Positions 41,002 through 54,600 of a stretch of DNA of 64,000 nucleotides are shown here, in pieces. The DNA is taken from the NCBI GenBank assembly GCA_051294375.1, contig CM119268.1, positions 24,041,167 to 24,105,166 on the forward strand, written 5' to 3'. The notes below the pieces were generated by a model. It did not search any database and was not told the DNA's origin. It saw only the letters and a program-made list of their open reading frames with translations. This stretch comes from Paraspadella gotoi. Its lineage: Eukaryota > Animalia > Chaetognatha. Both the position numbers and the translations under genes were made by a program. Position 1 is the stretch's first letter; each line of letters begins with the position of its first letter.

Positions 41002-41164
41002 AACAAAGTTTAGAAGAGAGATTTAACAACGATTTTTATTTCATAGTGAAACGGACATGTGAGTCGAAACATGTCCGTTTCACTATGAAATAAAAATCGT
41101 TGTTAAGTCTCTCTTCAAAACTTTGTTCTAAATCAAATCACAACGAAACAGAAAGGAAAAAACA
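41002..41164. mobile_element. 163-bp fold-back insertion of the hammerhead family 3' end; 13-bp TSD CAATGAAGGCATG
   Basis: Near-perfect ~60-bp hairpin centred on ACATGT-gagtcgaa-ACATGT, plus a ~35-nt tail. The TSD is at 40989-41001 and 41165-41177. Confidence 0.8.
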
Positions 41165-43607
41165 CAATGAAGGCATGTGAAATTTTTTTTCTTCTTTTGT
41201 AATTTGAAAAAGGAAAGACTAAATTACATTTTGATTACAATTAAATTTTCTCTACTCTAGAAATTTGGTGGTTTTTTTTAGTTAAAGTAAAAAACAAGCA
41301 AAAATTTATGAAGTAGCTGGATAAAATGTTTTTTTTATATATGAAAAATGATAAATACAAAAATATTTTCAGATTGATATAAACAGTCTGAACATCTACC
41401 TTCTTGTCTGTGAAAAAAAATTGTCATTTTTCATTATATCAACTGCAAACAAAAAGCTTGACACGCTGCTTGTTTATCATAATAAAATTTTTAAAAAATA
41501 CATAGCTGGCGACATATTTGACTAAGCATTGTGTTTATTTGTNNNNNNNNNNTTTTTTAGTTAAAGTAAAAAACAAGCAAAAATTTTGAAGTAGCTGGAT
41601 AAAATGTTTTTTTAAATATGAAAAATGATAAATACAAAAATATTTTCAGATTGATATAAACAGTCTGAACGTCTACCTTCTTGTCTGTGAAAAAAAATTG
41701 TCATTTTTCATTATATCAACTGCAAACAAAAAGCTTGACACGCTGCTTGTTTATCATAATAAAATTTAAAAAAAATACATAGCTGGCGACATATTTGACA
41801 AAGCATTGTGTTTATTTGTATTGATAATTTTCTTTTAAATATAACAACCTTTATACAAGGAATTTAATTATATTACTTATTATCCGTTTTAATTAAGAAA
41901 AAAAAATTCGCGGAATAGTCCATTGGAAAGGGTTCATTGACTGACTTAATGATCGAATTTTTTAGGTTTCTTTACAGCCCCCATTTTACAAGACATAAAA
42001 GGTCATGATTATCGTGTCAGTATGTCCAGATTATCTGTACCCTTTCTGCAACCTGCATTCTGAATTTTTTTTTCTCTTTCAAATGTATTAAATCAAAAAA
42101 TTTATTTAAAGAACGATCAGTGTGGAGGATGCCATTGGTAAGCCTTAGTTACCCCACTTCCCGATCGAATTTTTAAACGAGGTTTTTTTTCCATCTATTC
42201 GAGACATAACACTAACTATTAGTATTATTAATTTTTAATTTTTTTCATGAAGTTTTGCGTAATCAGAGAAACGTTTAGCGTGTCTAAAAATATGGAAAAA
42301 AAAGAGAAAAACGTTCTGACAAATTTAAAAATTTATGGAAGAATCGACCTAAACTTACAAACCAATCCTAATCATAATTGATGTTATAATAACTAATGCT
42401 AACTTAATTCTAACCTTTAATCTAAAATTATATTCCGTAACAAAACAAATAAATAACGTAATACCAAATCCTAACCTTTATACTACATTAACCTAATTCC
42501 GAAATTAAAATAAAATGGGTCGTTCGAGGAAAATAAGGCCTAAAGTCTTTTTCTCTTTTTACGTCAAAAAATAAAAAAAGTTTCATTTTTGTTCTTTTAT
42601 TTTGTTTACGTCACGTGATTTCCTTGTTTCTTGTTTCTCAATTTTATTTTGTTTTTGTTCTTTGGAATTCAAAACACGGCTTCATCAAAGTCAATTGATA
42701 CCGTGAGTGGAATCTCTCTCTCTCNNNNNNNNNNTCTCTCTCTTTTCTTCTTTCTCTTTTCCAGATTTTCTCTTCTTGAACTTAATTTTTTTTTCCAGAT
42801 TTTGAGCCAAAAAACAATTTTATATTTTTAATCTCAAAATATTTTTTTACGGTTTAAACAGAAATTAAATTTTTTTAACATTTAACTTAAATATGTTGAT
42901 GTTATACGACTGTGGTCCTAATACGTTGAATCATGTGCATTGACATTGCTTTAATTTTGCAAATTTTAAATTTATTGTTAAAAATTTGTAGACTTGATGC
43001 TTTAAGACAAAAATGACAAAAGTTACTCAAGTTTTGGAAATCATATAATTTGAACACTTCTGGTGTCTCTCTCTCTGTCTTTCTCGAGTCAATTCGATAA
43101 AAGATTAGATAAAGAAAGAGAGAGAGAGAGATAGAGAAAGAGCGATGGAGAGAGATAGAGCCGTTCGTAGAAGGTGGAACCAGGATATAGAAGCCAGGAA
43201 CTGTGGGAGTGAATAAACGAGACTGTGAGAGAGTCTTGATTGAAAGCTTGCAGAGACCTGCTATGTTGTTATCTTGTAAGAGTGATGGAGGCCTTAAACC
43301 ACCAAAGCCTGTCCAAAGTCAGGGGCAATATAGCTTATTTATTAAATGAATGGATTATTGTTTAATTAGTTGTAACATTTTTATAAAATTTCGGAATTTA
43401 ATCATTAAATTGAAATAATAATAGAGAAGAAAGAGAGAAAAGAGAATTAATCTGATACGGGAGAACGAAATAGAGAGGGAGACAAGAGCGAAAGATAGAG
43501 ACAGAGTGAAGACCGATAAAGGTCGGAATCCGTCGCATGAAAGCCCATTCTCCATTCGAACCATTGATCATTGGGGGAGTGAGAGAGAGATAGGGAGGAT
43601 GAGAGAA

Positions 43608-43690
<83 letters not shown>

Positions 43691-44163
43691 TTGACATTTA
43701 AGTATGTGATTCTCACTTTTTTAGCATCAATTTTTTTTGTCCTGTTACTGAAAAGTGACATTTTTATTTTCAAATTTAAAAGAAAAATTAACAAGGTAAA
43801 TCAATTTTTTTTAAAATTTTGTAAAACTTATTGTAAAGCTGTTTTGGTTTGAAACCAAATAATGACGGTTTTAAAGATTGAAGTCCATAACTATTGGTGG
43901 ATAACACATTAAGCGTTCTAACTTTTAAGTACACTTGTTAAAAAAAAATAAAATGTCATGTAGTTCATATTTATATTATTCATTTTCATCTCTCTGCAGT
44001 ACGTTATTTATTTCTAGCTCAACCTTTGATCTTGTCCTCGCTCTCCCTTTAATCCATGATAAACAATTTTTGCCATCCTTCGTTTCCATGGTAACGCTTG
44101 TTTCCGGTTTAAACGAAACGCCCGCCTATTATTTACCACTGAACCATGAAATTAAATTAGATT

Positions 44164-44265
<102 letters not shown>

Positions 44266-44742
44266 AGGATGCTCAAAAAGACAACCCTGATTAGTGATTA
44301 ATGTCCAGAAATGTTATATAGGAAGTTATTTATTAACAGTGCTTATGTCACATTAAGGAGAAAGACACTAGGTAGAGAAAATCGGATAAAGATACTGATA
44401 ACTAGTATATCAAGTTCAGATTAAAAAAGAAAACAAATTAAAGAAACCGTGTTGTGAGAAGAAAAATTAAAGACAATAGACTTTAGAATATTGTATAGTC
44501 AAAGACTGTCTTCCAAAACTATAAAATATATTAAGAAAATCACATAAAACAAATAAGTCGTATTTTAGGATTAAGAAGTTGATCGTTTAAATTTCGCTTT
44601 AATTACTAATTTTGCTAGTTTTTATTACTCTTATTACTAGTTTTTTAACGACTCACATCAATTTTCATATACAATTCCCTCACAACAAGGCCGTTTAACT
44701 AAAGAAAGAGAGAAAGACCTTGTTTGCTTTTGAAATTAAGAG

Positions 44743-44776
<34 letters not shown>

Positions 44777-46659
44777 ATCTCGTCGTCCATTTTGTCTTTT
44801 TTTTCTTTTCTCCTCAACGTAATTTTCAACTTAATTCGATAATCTAATTTTCATATTATAGAAAAATGAGTTTGTTAGCTACACTTATTTTATTTTTATA
44901 CTTTAAGCAAGTTCAAGCANNNNNNNNNNNNNNNNNNNNNNNNNNNNNNNNNNNNNNNNNNNNNNNNNNNNNNNNNNNNNNNNNNNNNNNNNNNNNNNNN
45001 NNNNNNNNNNNNNNNNNNNNNNNNNNNNNNNNNNNNNNNNNNNNNNNNNNNNNNNNNNNNNNNNNNNNNNNNNNNNNNNNNNNNNNNNNNNNNNNNNNNN
45101 NNNNNNNNNNNNNNNNNNNNNNNNNNNNNNNNNNNNNNNNNNNNNNNNNNNNNNNNNNNNNNNNNNNNNNNNNNNNNNNNNNNNNNNNNNNNNNNNNNNN
45201 NNNNNNNNNNNNNNNNNNNNNNNNNNNNNNNNNNNNNNNNNNNNNNNNNNNNNNNNNNNNNNNNNNNNNNNNNNNNNNNNNNNNNNNNNNNNNNNNNNNN
45301 NNNNNNNNNNNNNNNNNNNNNNNNNNNNNNNNNNNNNNNNNNNNNNNNNNNNNNNNNNNNNNNNNNNNNNNNNNNNNNNNNNNNNNNNNNNNNNNNNNNN
45401 NNNNNNNNNNNNNNNNNNNNNNNNNNNNNNNNNNNNNNNNAATTTTGTTTATTATTATTTTTTATAATGTATGTATCGGTATATACTACTGCTAATAAGT
45501 TTAATGTCCCTCGATTGACTGATCTGAATTCCCGGTCAAAAAAAGAGAAAAAAGGTGAAGAAAAAGAGACACCATTTTTTGATCAGAGGTTTGACCCTCT
45601 TAACCTTCCAAAGAACCTTATTCAATTAAAAAGAACACTGAGAGGGTCAGCTTGAGAGAGAGTGAGACTGTGAGAGAGAGAGAAGGAGATAGAGAGAGAG
45701 CAAGACATAAACTCAAAGAATATCATTTTTCTTTAAATTTGTATGTTCCTAATAGATTTAGTAATTATAGTTTTGGCTCTGTCTCTATCAATCTCTCGCT
45801 CTCTCTTTAGTCTCTTTAGCTCGTAGTTTTAACTCCGATGCTTAAGAAAATTATTTTCCAGATGCAAGAATTCCCACAACGGTTAACCGGTTGACAATAT
45901 CTCTCTCTCTCTCTCTGAGCAAACTCTATCTAGAATTTCTTTATTTACTTCTTTCAAGAAGGGAATATGAAGCAGTAGAAATTTCTTCAATAGTTAAATA
46001 GTTAAATAGTTAAATAAATAGAAAATTGGGATAAAAAGTTTAGATTTTAATTTAGTTTGTTAAAATGAAAAGAAGGAGGAAGAATAGAGATGAACATATA
46101 AAAATATTAATATACAATGTACAATTAAATGCAGACATAAACTCAAAGAATATCATTTTTCTTAAATTTGTATGTTCCTAATAGATTTAGTAATTATAGT
46201 TTTTGGCTCTGTCTCTATCAATCTCTCGCTCTCTCTTTAGTCTCTTAGCTCGAGTTTTTAATCCGATGCTGTATAGAAAATTAATTTTCCAGATGCAAGA
46301 ATTCCCACAACGGTTAACCGGTTGACAATATCTCTTTCTCTTCTCTCTCTCTCTCTCTCTCTCATCTGAGCAAACTCTATCATAGAATTTCTTTAATTTA
46401 CTTCTTTCAGAAGGGAATATGAAGCAGTAGAAATTCTTTCAATAGTTAAATAGTTAAATAGTTAAATAAATAGAAAATTGGGATAAAAAGTTTAGATTTT
46501 AATTTAGTTTGTTAAATGAAAAGAAGGAGGAAGAATAGAGATGAACATATAAAAATATTAATATACAATGTACATTAAAAAAACACTTAAATTGAAGTGG
46601 AATGCCATCAATTAAAAAATAATTAAAAAGAAAGAATTGCAAATATTTTTATTATTTCT

Positions 46660-46708
<49 letters not shown>

Positions 46709-46922
46709 TCTCTTCTCTTCCTCTCCCTTTCCCTCTCCCTCTCTATCACTTCCTCTCCTTTCTTCTTTCTTCCAACTACGGACCGAAAACGGATATAAAC
46801 TCCATCGATCTCTTTTTCCTCACAGAGTAGATTTTTGTAACTGAAAAGACTTTTATATCATTGGATAACAAAACCAGATGATAATTTCTAGAAACTTGAC
46901 GGACGGAAAACGCGGTGGAGAG

Positions 46923-46955
<33 letters not shown>

Positions 46956-48228
46956 GAGAGGAGGAGAAGAGAGAGAGTAGAGAGAGTCTAGGAAACCACG
47001 GGGAGAAATATATGAGGAAGAAGAAGAGAGGAGTTGGAGGAGGAGGAAAAGGAGGAAGAAGAAGGATAAAGTAAAAGAACATCTTTTCCTGCGGAAAGGA
47101 GGAAGAGGAAGCGAAGTAAGATAAGGAATCTCTAAATGTCAAACTCTCTCTTCTCTCTCCCGCTCTTTCTCTCTTCTCTCTCCTTCTCTTCTCTCTCTCC
47201 TCTCTCCTCTCTCTCTCTCTTCTCTCTCCTCTCTCCTTCTCTCTTCTCTCTCTCTCTCTCTCTCTTTTATTATACTCTTCCTCGAAAACTCCGTCTTATC
47301 TCACTCGTTTTTTTCTTCTTGTTCTATTCCTCGCGTTTTCGATTTTCGTTTACTGTATTGCCATTCGCTTTTGCCATTCGTCATCTGTTTTGCCATCGCC
47401 AAACGCCTTTGCCTGTCCGTTCGTCACGTCTGCCATTTTCCAATCAATCAATCATTGTTTTCTTTTAATTTCTGCTTTCCTAATAATGCCCTTACTTTTG
47501 CCATCTATTATCCTCTCATTTTTCCATCTACTATCCAATTCTCTTTCTACCTATCTTATTCTTTTTTGCCTCAATCCTATTTTGTTATTTTTTTATTCTA
47601 TTTTGGCTTCTATCTTGTACTTAGTGCTACCGATTACTCAATGCAGCAACAGAGTTGCTAAGAGGAATTCTTGGTAAAGCTTTTCCTTTTAATTTGATTA
47701 GTTGAGACCTGAATCGCTCTCTTTACTTTTTTATGTACTATCTATTTGTACAACTTAACCATAAATTAAACTATATAATTTTCCCCAGTAAGTAGATTGG
47801 TATTTCAATAACAAACAAGTTTTATTTATAAAGTTTTCAGTCAAGTTTTTCCAGCTAACATTGTCATTTATCATTTCTGCCATAAGACATTAAATACCCT
47901 AAAATTTTCAATTAATATTATTTTTACGAAGTATTATTCTTTTTAACTGTTTGTTTTAATTAACAATAGTTTCGTTTTCATTTCTCTTTATTTTCCCCCA
48001 AAATATTATTATTATTCAAATTTTAATTTTTAATTTCTTTTTATTAATTATAGTTTGTTTACCTTTTACTTATTGTTTAATACATTATAATTTATTTATT
48101 ATTTTGATATCTCCTTTTAAACCATCTATCGCTTCCCGTCTGTTTATGGTTCCGCCCTCCACTAAGAATTCTCTGGAGTCAAACGCAAGCATCGAAGCAT
48201 TCTGCATTTTGCGGCGAGTGCAGTACTG

Positions 48229-48308
<80 letters not shown>

Positions 48309-48459
48309 TGTCCCGGGCAGGGGATATCTCTCTCTCTCTCTCTCCTCCTCTCCTCCCTCCCTCTCGTCTCTCTCTCTCTCTCTCTATTTCTCTCTCTCTC
48401 TCTTTCTTTCTAATTTCTATCATTTTTACAAAGAAACTAAAACAAAAAATATTTAAAAT

Positions 48460-51458
48460 ATGGAAACAAAAAGTCAGAAGAAAANNNNNNNNNNNNNNNN
48501 NNNNNNNNNAGAAAAAGAAAAAAGAAAGAGAAATGTTTTATCTTCATTTATTCCTTCTGCTAAAACAACGAAAGCCGTCGTCGCTGGAGGAATAACTGGT
48601 AAGCAGGGAATGCCGCTTACAAGCTTTGATTGTACATAACAGAACAGGGTCAAATAAAGTGAAATAGGGTCGTACTAGGGTCATAAAATTATAATAGGTT
48701 AAAAATATGTAGAAAAAAAGTAAATTAAAATGAAAAAGGGAAACGATAGTAAAACAATTAGATGAACCTTTCATTATGCAGTTCTTATTGTGTAATCATA
48801 TTATACTAAATACAAAATACAAATTAATTTTAAAAAAAATATTGATTCTGAGTTGAATGCGGGATGAGCAAATTGTCCATTGTCAATACTTTTGGTAATA
48901 TATAAACTTCGTTTTGTAGCCAGTTGTTACATAAAATTTTAATGTTTCATTTTATGTTTACGAGAAGATTAATCAAAAGAATTAAACTAAACAGATATTG
49001 TGAGAGAGAGGCGGTGAGACCAAAGCCGATTTCTGAGTTCACTCAGATTAAATGGTGAGACTTAAGCGAAAGGATTTACATATTCATTTTTCTTTTATTA
49101 AAAGCTTTATTTCTATCAGTTTAAATTAGAAAAAAACTAAACTAAGAATTTTAGTAAGATGATGATGAATTGAATATTTATGGGTTTTTGTCTTTTTTTT
49201 CAAATTTCTAACAAAAGAATTTCAAATTTAAATGGCCTAATGATTAATATGCTTCGTGGTGCAAATCGATTAAGTTCTAATGATAAAAGTTAATTCTATC
49301 CTGAATAACAATACATTACAATGCACTACAATACATTTCTTTCAGTTTCACTTAATTATGACTTGACTAAACTAATAACTGACAATAAAAGAAAAGATCA
49401 TTTTACTGAAAGCGTTCATTTTCAGGCGGAATAGAAATTTGCATAACTTTTCCGACTGAATATGTCAAGACTCAACTTCAGTTAGACGAAAAGAGCGGAA
49501 GAGTAAAGAAATACAAAGGCCCAATAGACTGTGTGAAGACAACTTGCAAACAACATGGATTTTTGGGTGAGTTTTTAAGTCAGTAGTCGAGAGGTTGAGC
49601 GATTTAGTTCATGCACTTTGCAACCCTACAATAAATTTTTTGTATGGGTTAAAAGTGAACTGATATTCATTTTCATAAATTATTACTTAGCTCGTCACAT
49701 TATTTTATAATTTGAATTTTGACTGAAACTTCTAGCTATAAATGTAAGATAATTTAAATTTTCCAATTTAAACATAAACCAAAATCACGATTTTGAATGG
49801 ACTTGTGGATAAGGCGCTACGTGTGGCTGAAGATGACTGTCCGCAATTCTATACCCCTCTTAGCGCCATGGAAACGGGTCTCCTGGGCTTGGAACAAGTT
49901 GAGGGTTTGCCATGCCCCCAAGGCTGGAGCTTACGCCGTCTCACGCGTTCCGCAGGTTAGGTACCTGGTTGGTATTGAACCACCTAGTGGTCTGAGTGTG
50001 GCTTTACTGCAATGAGCCCCGGAGTCACAACTGAAAAGTTAATCATGATTCTTGGCGGGTGACCTAGGCAATTGCCCGATACATGCCCCAAGATTGTTAA
50101 CCCCCCTGCACTGCTTCCAGGGGGGGAGGGGAGCAATCTTTCAGCTAGACCAAGGGCCTGGAATCAGAAAGGTTAGGAATTACGGCTCGGACAGGATGGG
50201 CTCACAGTGTGGATAGTCATCGGAAGCCGTGAGGTTACAACTGAAGTTTCATGATTCTTGGGGGTGAACCTTAGGCAATGCGCGACTACAGATTCATTCC
50301 TTCCTTAACTTTCCCCCCAATTCTGACCCAATTTCATCTTAAGGCCTCTAAGGGGCTCTCAGTTCTCCTCTACGGGTCATCCAAAATCGGCTGTTCGCTT
50401 TGGTTCCTTTGAAATTCTTAAGAGCGGCTCGTGGATTGACGAAGGTGCTTGACGGCGCAGGATTTATGTGTGGTCTAAGCGCAGGAATCATGGAGGCTGT
50501 GCTCATAGTCACTCCCATGGAAACTTTGAAGGTCATTTCAGAAATGAAGACAGGGTTCATAATTCTGCCCATCGCGAATCTATAGTTTTTTTTAAAGGTC
50601 GAGTAAAAACTTTTAGGAAATATAGTAAAGAGATTAATAGGTAAAATTTTTCTGTGCTTAATATAAAAAAAAATTGCTCCTTCTGTTAAAACACCCATAA
50701 CAAAACTTTTGTTATAGATAAGTTGTAGTATTTTTTGCATGTGGTGTTAACAAAAGTTATTTTTTACCTTTTGAAATTTACGATCAGAACAGACAATTAT
50801 CAAATCATTTTTTTGATGTGGACGACAATGTATTTTGATTATCTTTTTCTTAGGTCAAGTTTATCAATGACCAAACAAGAACTCAGCCACAATATAAAGG
50901 TTTTTTTCATGGAGTCAGACAAATAATTAGGACAGATGGTTTTGCCGGATGCTATAAGGGTCTCATGCCGACAATAGTCAAACAAGGATCAAACCAGGCA
51001 ATAAGGTCAGTGGCTAGAATTATTAAATATATCGAATTTCAAAATAAGGTAATCAAAATCCAATAAAAATTATTTTGACTCCTAAAAATTAAATTAAAAC
51101 CGAGTTTTATTTTAAAATTCAATTTAATTCTTTCTTAGGTTTTGGGTGATTTTAACTTTGCAAGATTTCTACAGAAAAAATGACAAAGAGAAAAAAGTTC
51201 CCAAATTTTTGACTGGAATATTTGGCGCCATCGCGGGTAGCAAATGATTGCTTTCTTAAGATGCTTGATAAATAGCTTGTCAAAAAGAGAGAGACTTATT
51301 CTAGGCGCGGCTTCTGTTTATGGCAACACACCCGTTGATGTGATCAAGACAAGAATGCAAGGCCTTGAAGCCGCCAAATATCGCAATGCACTTCACTGTG
51401 CTGTCTGCATCATGCGTGATGAAGGACTCAAAGGATTCTATAAAGGCACTGTGCCAAG
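48460..51458 (+). CDS. SLC25A1: Mitochondrial tricarboxylate (citrate) carrier; exons ~48460-48598, 49426-49566, 50344-50531, 50853-51005, 51139-51236, 51305-51458; last exon lost in the gap on this strand
   Basis: [10 protein letters not shown]|[37 protein letters not shown]|[16 protein letters not shown]|F and [32 protein letters not shown]: three Px[D/E]xxK carrier motifs in the citrate-carrier sequence. Exon 3 has indel noise. Confidence 0.93.
49804..50290 (-). mobile_element. TRIM-like miniature LTR element (83-bp LTR, PBS, 124-bp non-coding interior, PPT, 280-bp LTR)
   Basis: Both LTRs begin TGTA(G)TCG.GCA.TGCCTA.G.TCACCC and end ATCCACA. The PBS is (G)TGAGCCC and a G-run lies before the second LTR. 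A 4-bp TSD GACT is seen by combining this copy with the inverted copy (53651-54163). Confidence 0.65.
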
Positions 51459-51620
51459 GTTGTCTCTTTTATAAAGGCACTGTGCCAAGTTTGTCTCTTT
51501 TATATAGGCACTGTGCCAAGTTTGCCTCTTTTATAAAGGCACAGTGCCAAGCTTGTCTCTTTTATAAAGGCACTGTGCCAAGGTTGTCTCTTTTTTAAAG
51601 GCACTGTGCCAAGGTTGTTT
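51439..51620. repeat. 31-bp tandem repeat x6 spanning a splice donor
   Basis: Unit tataaaggcactgtgccaag|gttgtctcttt. Confidence 0.95.
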
Positions 51621-51670
51621 CTTTAATCAAATGATTAAAATGAATNNNNNNNNNNNNNNNNNNNNNNNNN

Positions 51671-54600
51671 GGAGAAGGTGGACCATGTCGTCGTCGTCGT
51701 CGTGTCGATTAAAGTTTCCAAAGGAGAATCTTAAATGTTAGTTATTTCTGTTTGTACTGACAAAGTTGTTTTTAAAAAACAGAAAATCAATAAAAGAAAG
51801 GACAATATTAAAATCGATATTTTATTTAAAAGATATATAATAATTTCATTAAAATTTACACCTAAAAAAATATTTGATCACAAAGAAAAACATAAAACAT
51901 GGGTCCCCTATTATTTGAGCAGTGGTATATAAAAGACACGTTAAAATTAACTAAGAAATTTAGAAGACAACGTTTGGACAAAATAAATAAAATTCTATAA
52001 TAAAAGAGTTAAATATGTATGGGAACCATAGATTAATAACTGGATACAAAATATTTCATGCAAATTTATATAGCACAGTGAACAATATGTAAAGTATCTT
52101 CCTTTTTAATTTCAAGTTTTTCCACACTCTTGTTGAAAACGTCCATAAAAAGATTCAATATATGAATGAATGTGATTAGCCACATCATAAGGCAAACTCT
52201 GGACAACTGCAAAAATTAATGTTGGTTGGTTGGGTCAATTCATTTAATCATTTGGAATTGAAAGAAACAACCTTGGCCATCGTGCTTTAAAAAAGAGACA
52301 ACCTTGGCAACAGTGCCTTTATAAAAGAGACAAGCTTTGGCAACTGTGCCTTTATAAAAAAGAGGCAACTTGGCAACAGTGCCTATATAGAAAGACAAAC
52401 TTGGCAACAGTGGCCTTTATAGAAAGAGACAACTTGGCCACAGTGCCTTTATAGAATCCTTGAGTCCTTCATCACGCATGAATGCATGAGACAGCACAAG
52501 TGAAGTGCATTGCGATATTTGGCGGCTTCCAAGGCCCTTGCATCTTGTCTTGATCACACAACGGTGTGTGTTGCCAATAAAACAGAAGCCGCGCCTAGAA
52601 TAAAGTCCTCTCTCTCTTTTGACAAGCTATTATACAAGCATCTTAAGAAAAGCAATCATTCATCTACCCGCGATGGCGCCAAATATTCCAAGTCAAAAAT
52701 TTGGGAACTTTTTCTCTTTGTCATTTTTTCTGTAGAGAATCTTGCAAAGTTAAAATCACCCAAAACCTAGAAACGAATAAATTGAATTTTTAAAATAAAA
52801 CCTCAGTTTCAAGTTTAATTTTAGGAGTCAAAAAATTTTTATGAGATTTTTGATTACCTTTTTTGAAATTTCATATATTTAATAATTCTAGCACTGACAC
52901 TTATTCCTGGTTTGATCCTTGTTTGACTATTTTGTCGGCATGAGACCCTATAGCAATCCGCAAAACCATCTGTCCTAATTAATTTGTCCCTGACTCCATG
53001 AAAAAAACCTTTATATTGTGGCTTGAGTTTTCCTTGTTTGGTCCATTGATAAAACTTGACCTAAGAAAGATAATCGAAATCATTGTCGTCCACATTCAGA
53101 AAAAAACGGAATTGATAAAATTGTCTGTTTCTGATCGTAAATTCAAAAGTAAAAATAACTTTGTTACACCACATCAAAAAAATACTACAACTATATCTAT
53201 AACAAAAAGTTTTGTTATGGTGTTTTAACAGAAGGAGCAATTTTTTTTTATATTAAAGCACAGAAAAAAATTTTTACTTAATTAATCTCTTTAACTATTA
53301 TTTCCTAAAGTTTTTTTTACTCCGACCTTTTAAAAAAACTATAGATTCGCGATGGGCAGAATATGACCCTGTCTTCATAATGAAATGACCTTGCAAAGTT
53401 TCCCATGGAGGGTGACTTATGAGCAACAGCCTCCATGATTCCCTGCGCTTAGACCCACACATCAATTTCCTGCGCCCGTCAGACACCTTCAATCAATCCA
53501 CGAGCCGCTGCTTAAGAAATTCAAAAGGAAACCAAAGCGAACAGCCGATTTTTGGAATGGACCCGTAAGAGGAGAACTGAGAGGCCCTGTAGAGGCCTTA
53601 AGGATGAAATGGTCAGAATTGGGGGGAAAGTTAAAGGAAGGAATGAAGTCTGTAGTCCGGGGCATTGCCTAAGGTTCACCCAGCCAAAATCATGAATACT
53701 ATTCAGTTGTAACCTCAGCGGCCCTTCCGATGACTATCCACACTGGTTGAGCCCATCCTGTCCGAGCCGTAATTCCCTAACCTTTCTGATTCCAGGCCCT
53801 TGGTCTAGCTGAAAGATTGCTCCCCTCCCCTCCACTGGAAGCAGTGCAGGGTGGGTTAACAATCGGGGGGGCATGTAGTCCGGCATTGCTAGGTCACCCG
53901 CCAAGAATCATGGATAACTTTTCAGTTGTGACCCGGTGGCTCATTGAGTAAAGCCATCAGGCATGAACCACTAGGTACGGTTCAATCCCAACCAGGTTAC
54001 CTAACCTGCGGGAACGCGTGAGACCGGGACGCAAGCTCCGCCTTGGGGGCATGGCAAACCCTCAAGCCTGGTTCCAAGCCCAGGGACCCGTTTCCATGGC
54101 TGCTTAGAGGGTTATAGAAGTTGCCGGACAGTCATTCTTCAGCACACGTAGCGCCTTATCCACAAGCCATCAAAATCGTGATTTTGGTTTTATGTTAAAA
54201 TTGAAATTAAATTAATCTTACCATTTATAGCTAGAAGTTTCAGTCAAAATTCCAAATTATTAAATAAATGTGACGAAGCTTAAGTATAATTATGAAAAAT
54301 GAATATCATTCACTTTTACCCATACAAAAAATTTTATTGTAGGTTTGCAAAGTGCATAACAAATCGCTCAAACCCTCTCGAACTCTGACTAAACTCACCC
54401 AAAAATCCCATGTTTGTTTGCAAGGTTGTCTTCACACAGTCCCCTATGGGCCTTTGTATTTCCTCTTTACTCTTCCGCTCTTTTTCGTCCTAATTGAAGT
54501 TGAGTCTTGACATATTCAGTCCCGAAAAGTTAAAAGCAAATTTCTATTCCGCCTGGAAAATGAACGCTTTCAGTAAATGAATCATTTCTTTTATTGGTCA

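Noticed and set aside
43505-43535. GTGAAGACC-gataaa-GGTCGGAATCCGTC hammerhead-like string
   Set aside because: Both core boxes are mutated and the family flanks are absent; too weak to call.
45700-46580. Tandem duplications (also 18120-19820, 41270-41820)
   Set aside because: Near-identical copies differing by indel noise, often abutting N-gaps; likely uncollapsed assembly overlaps.
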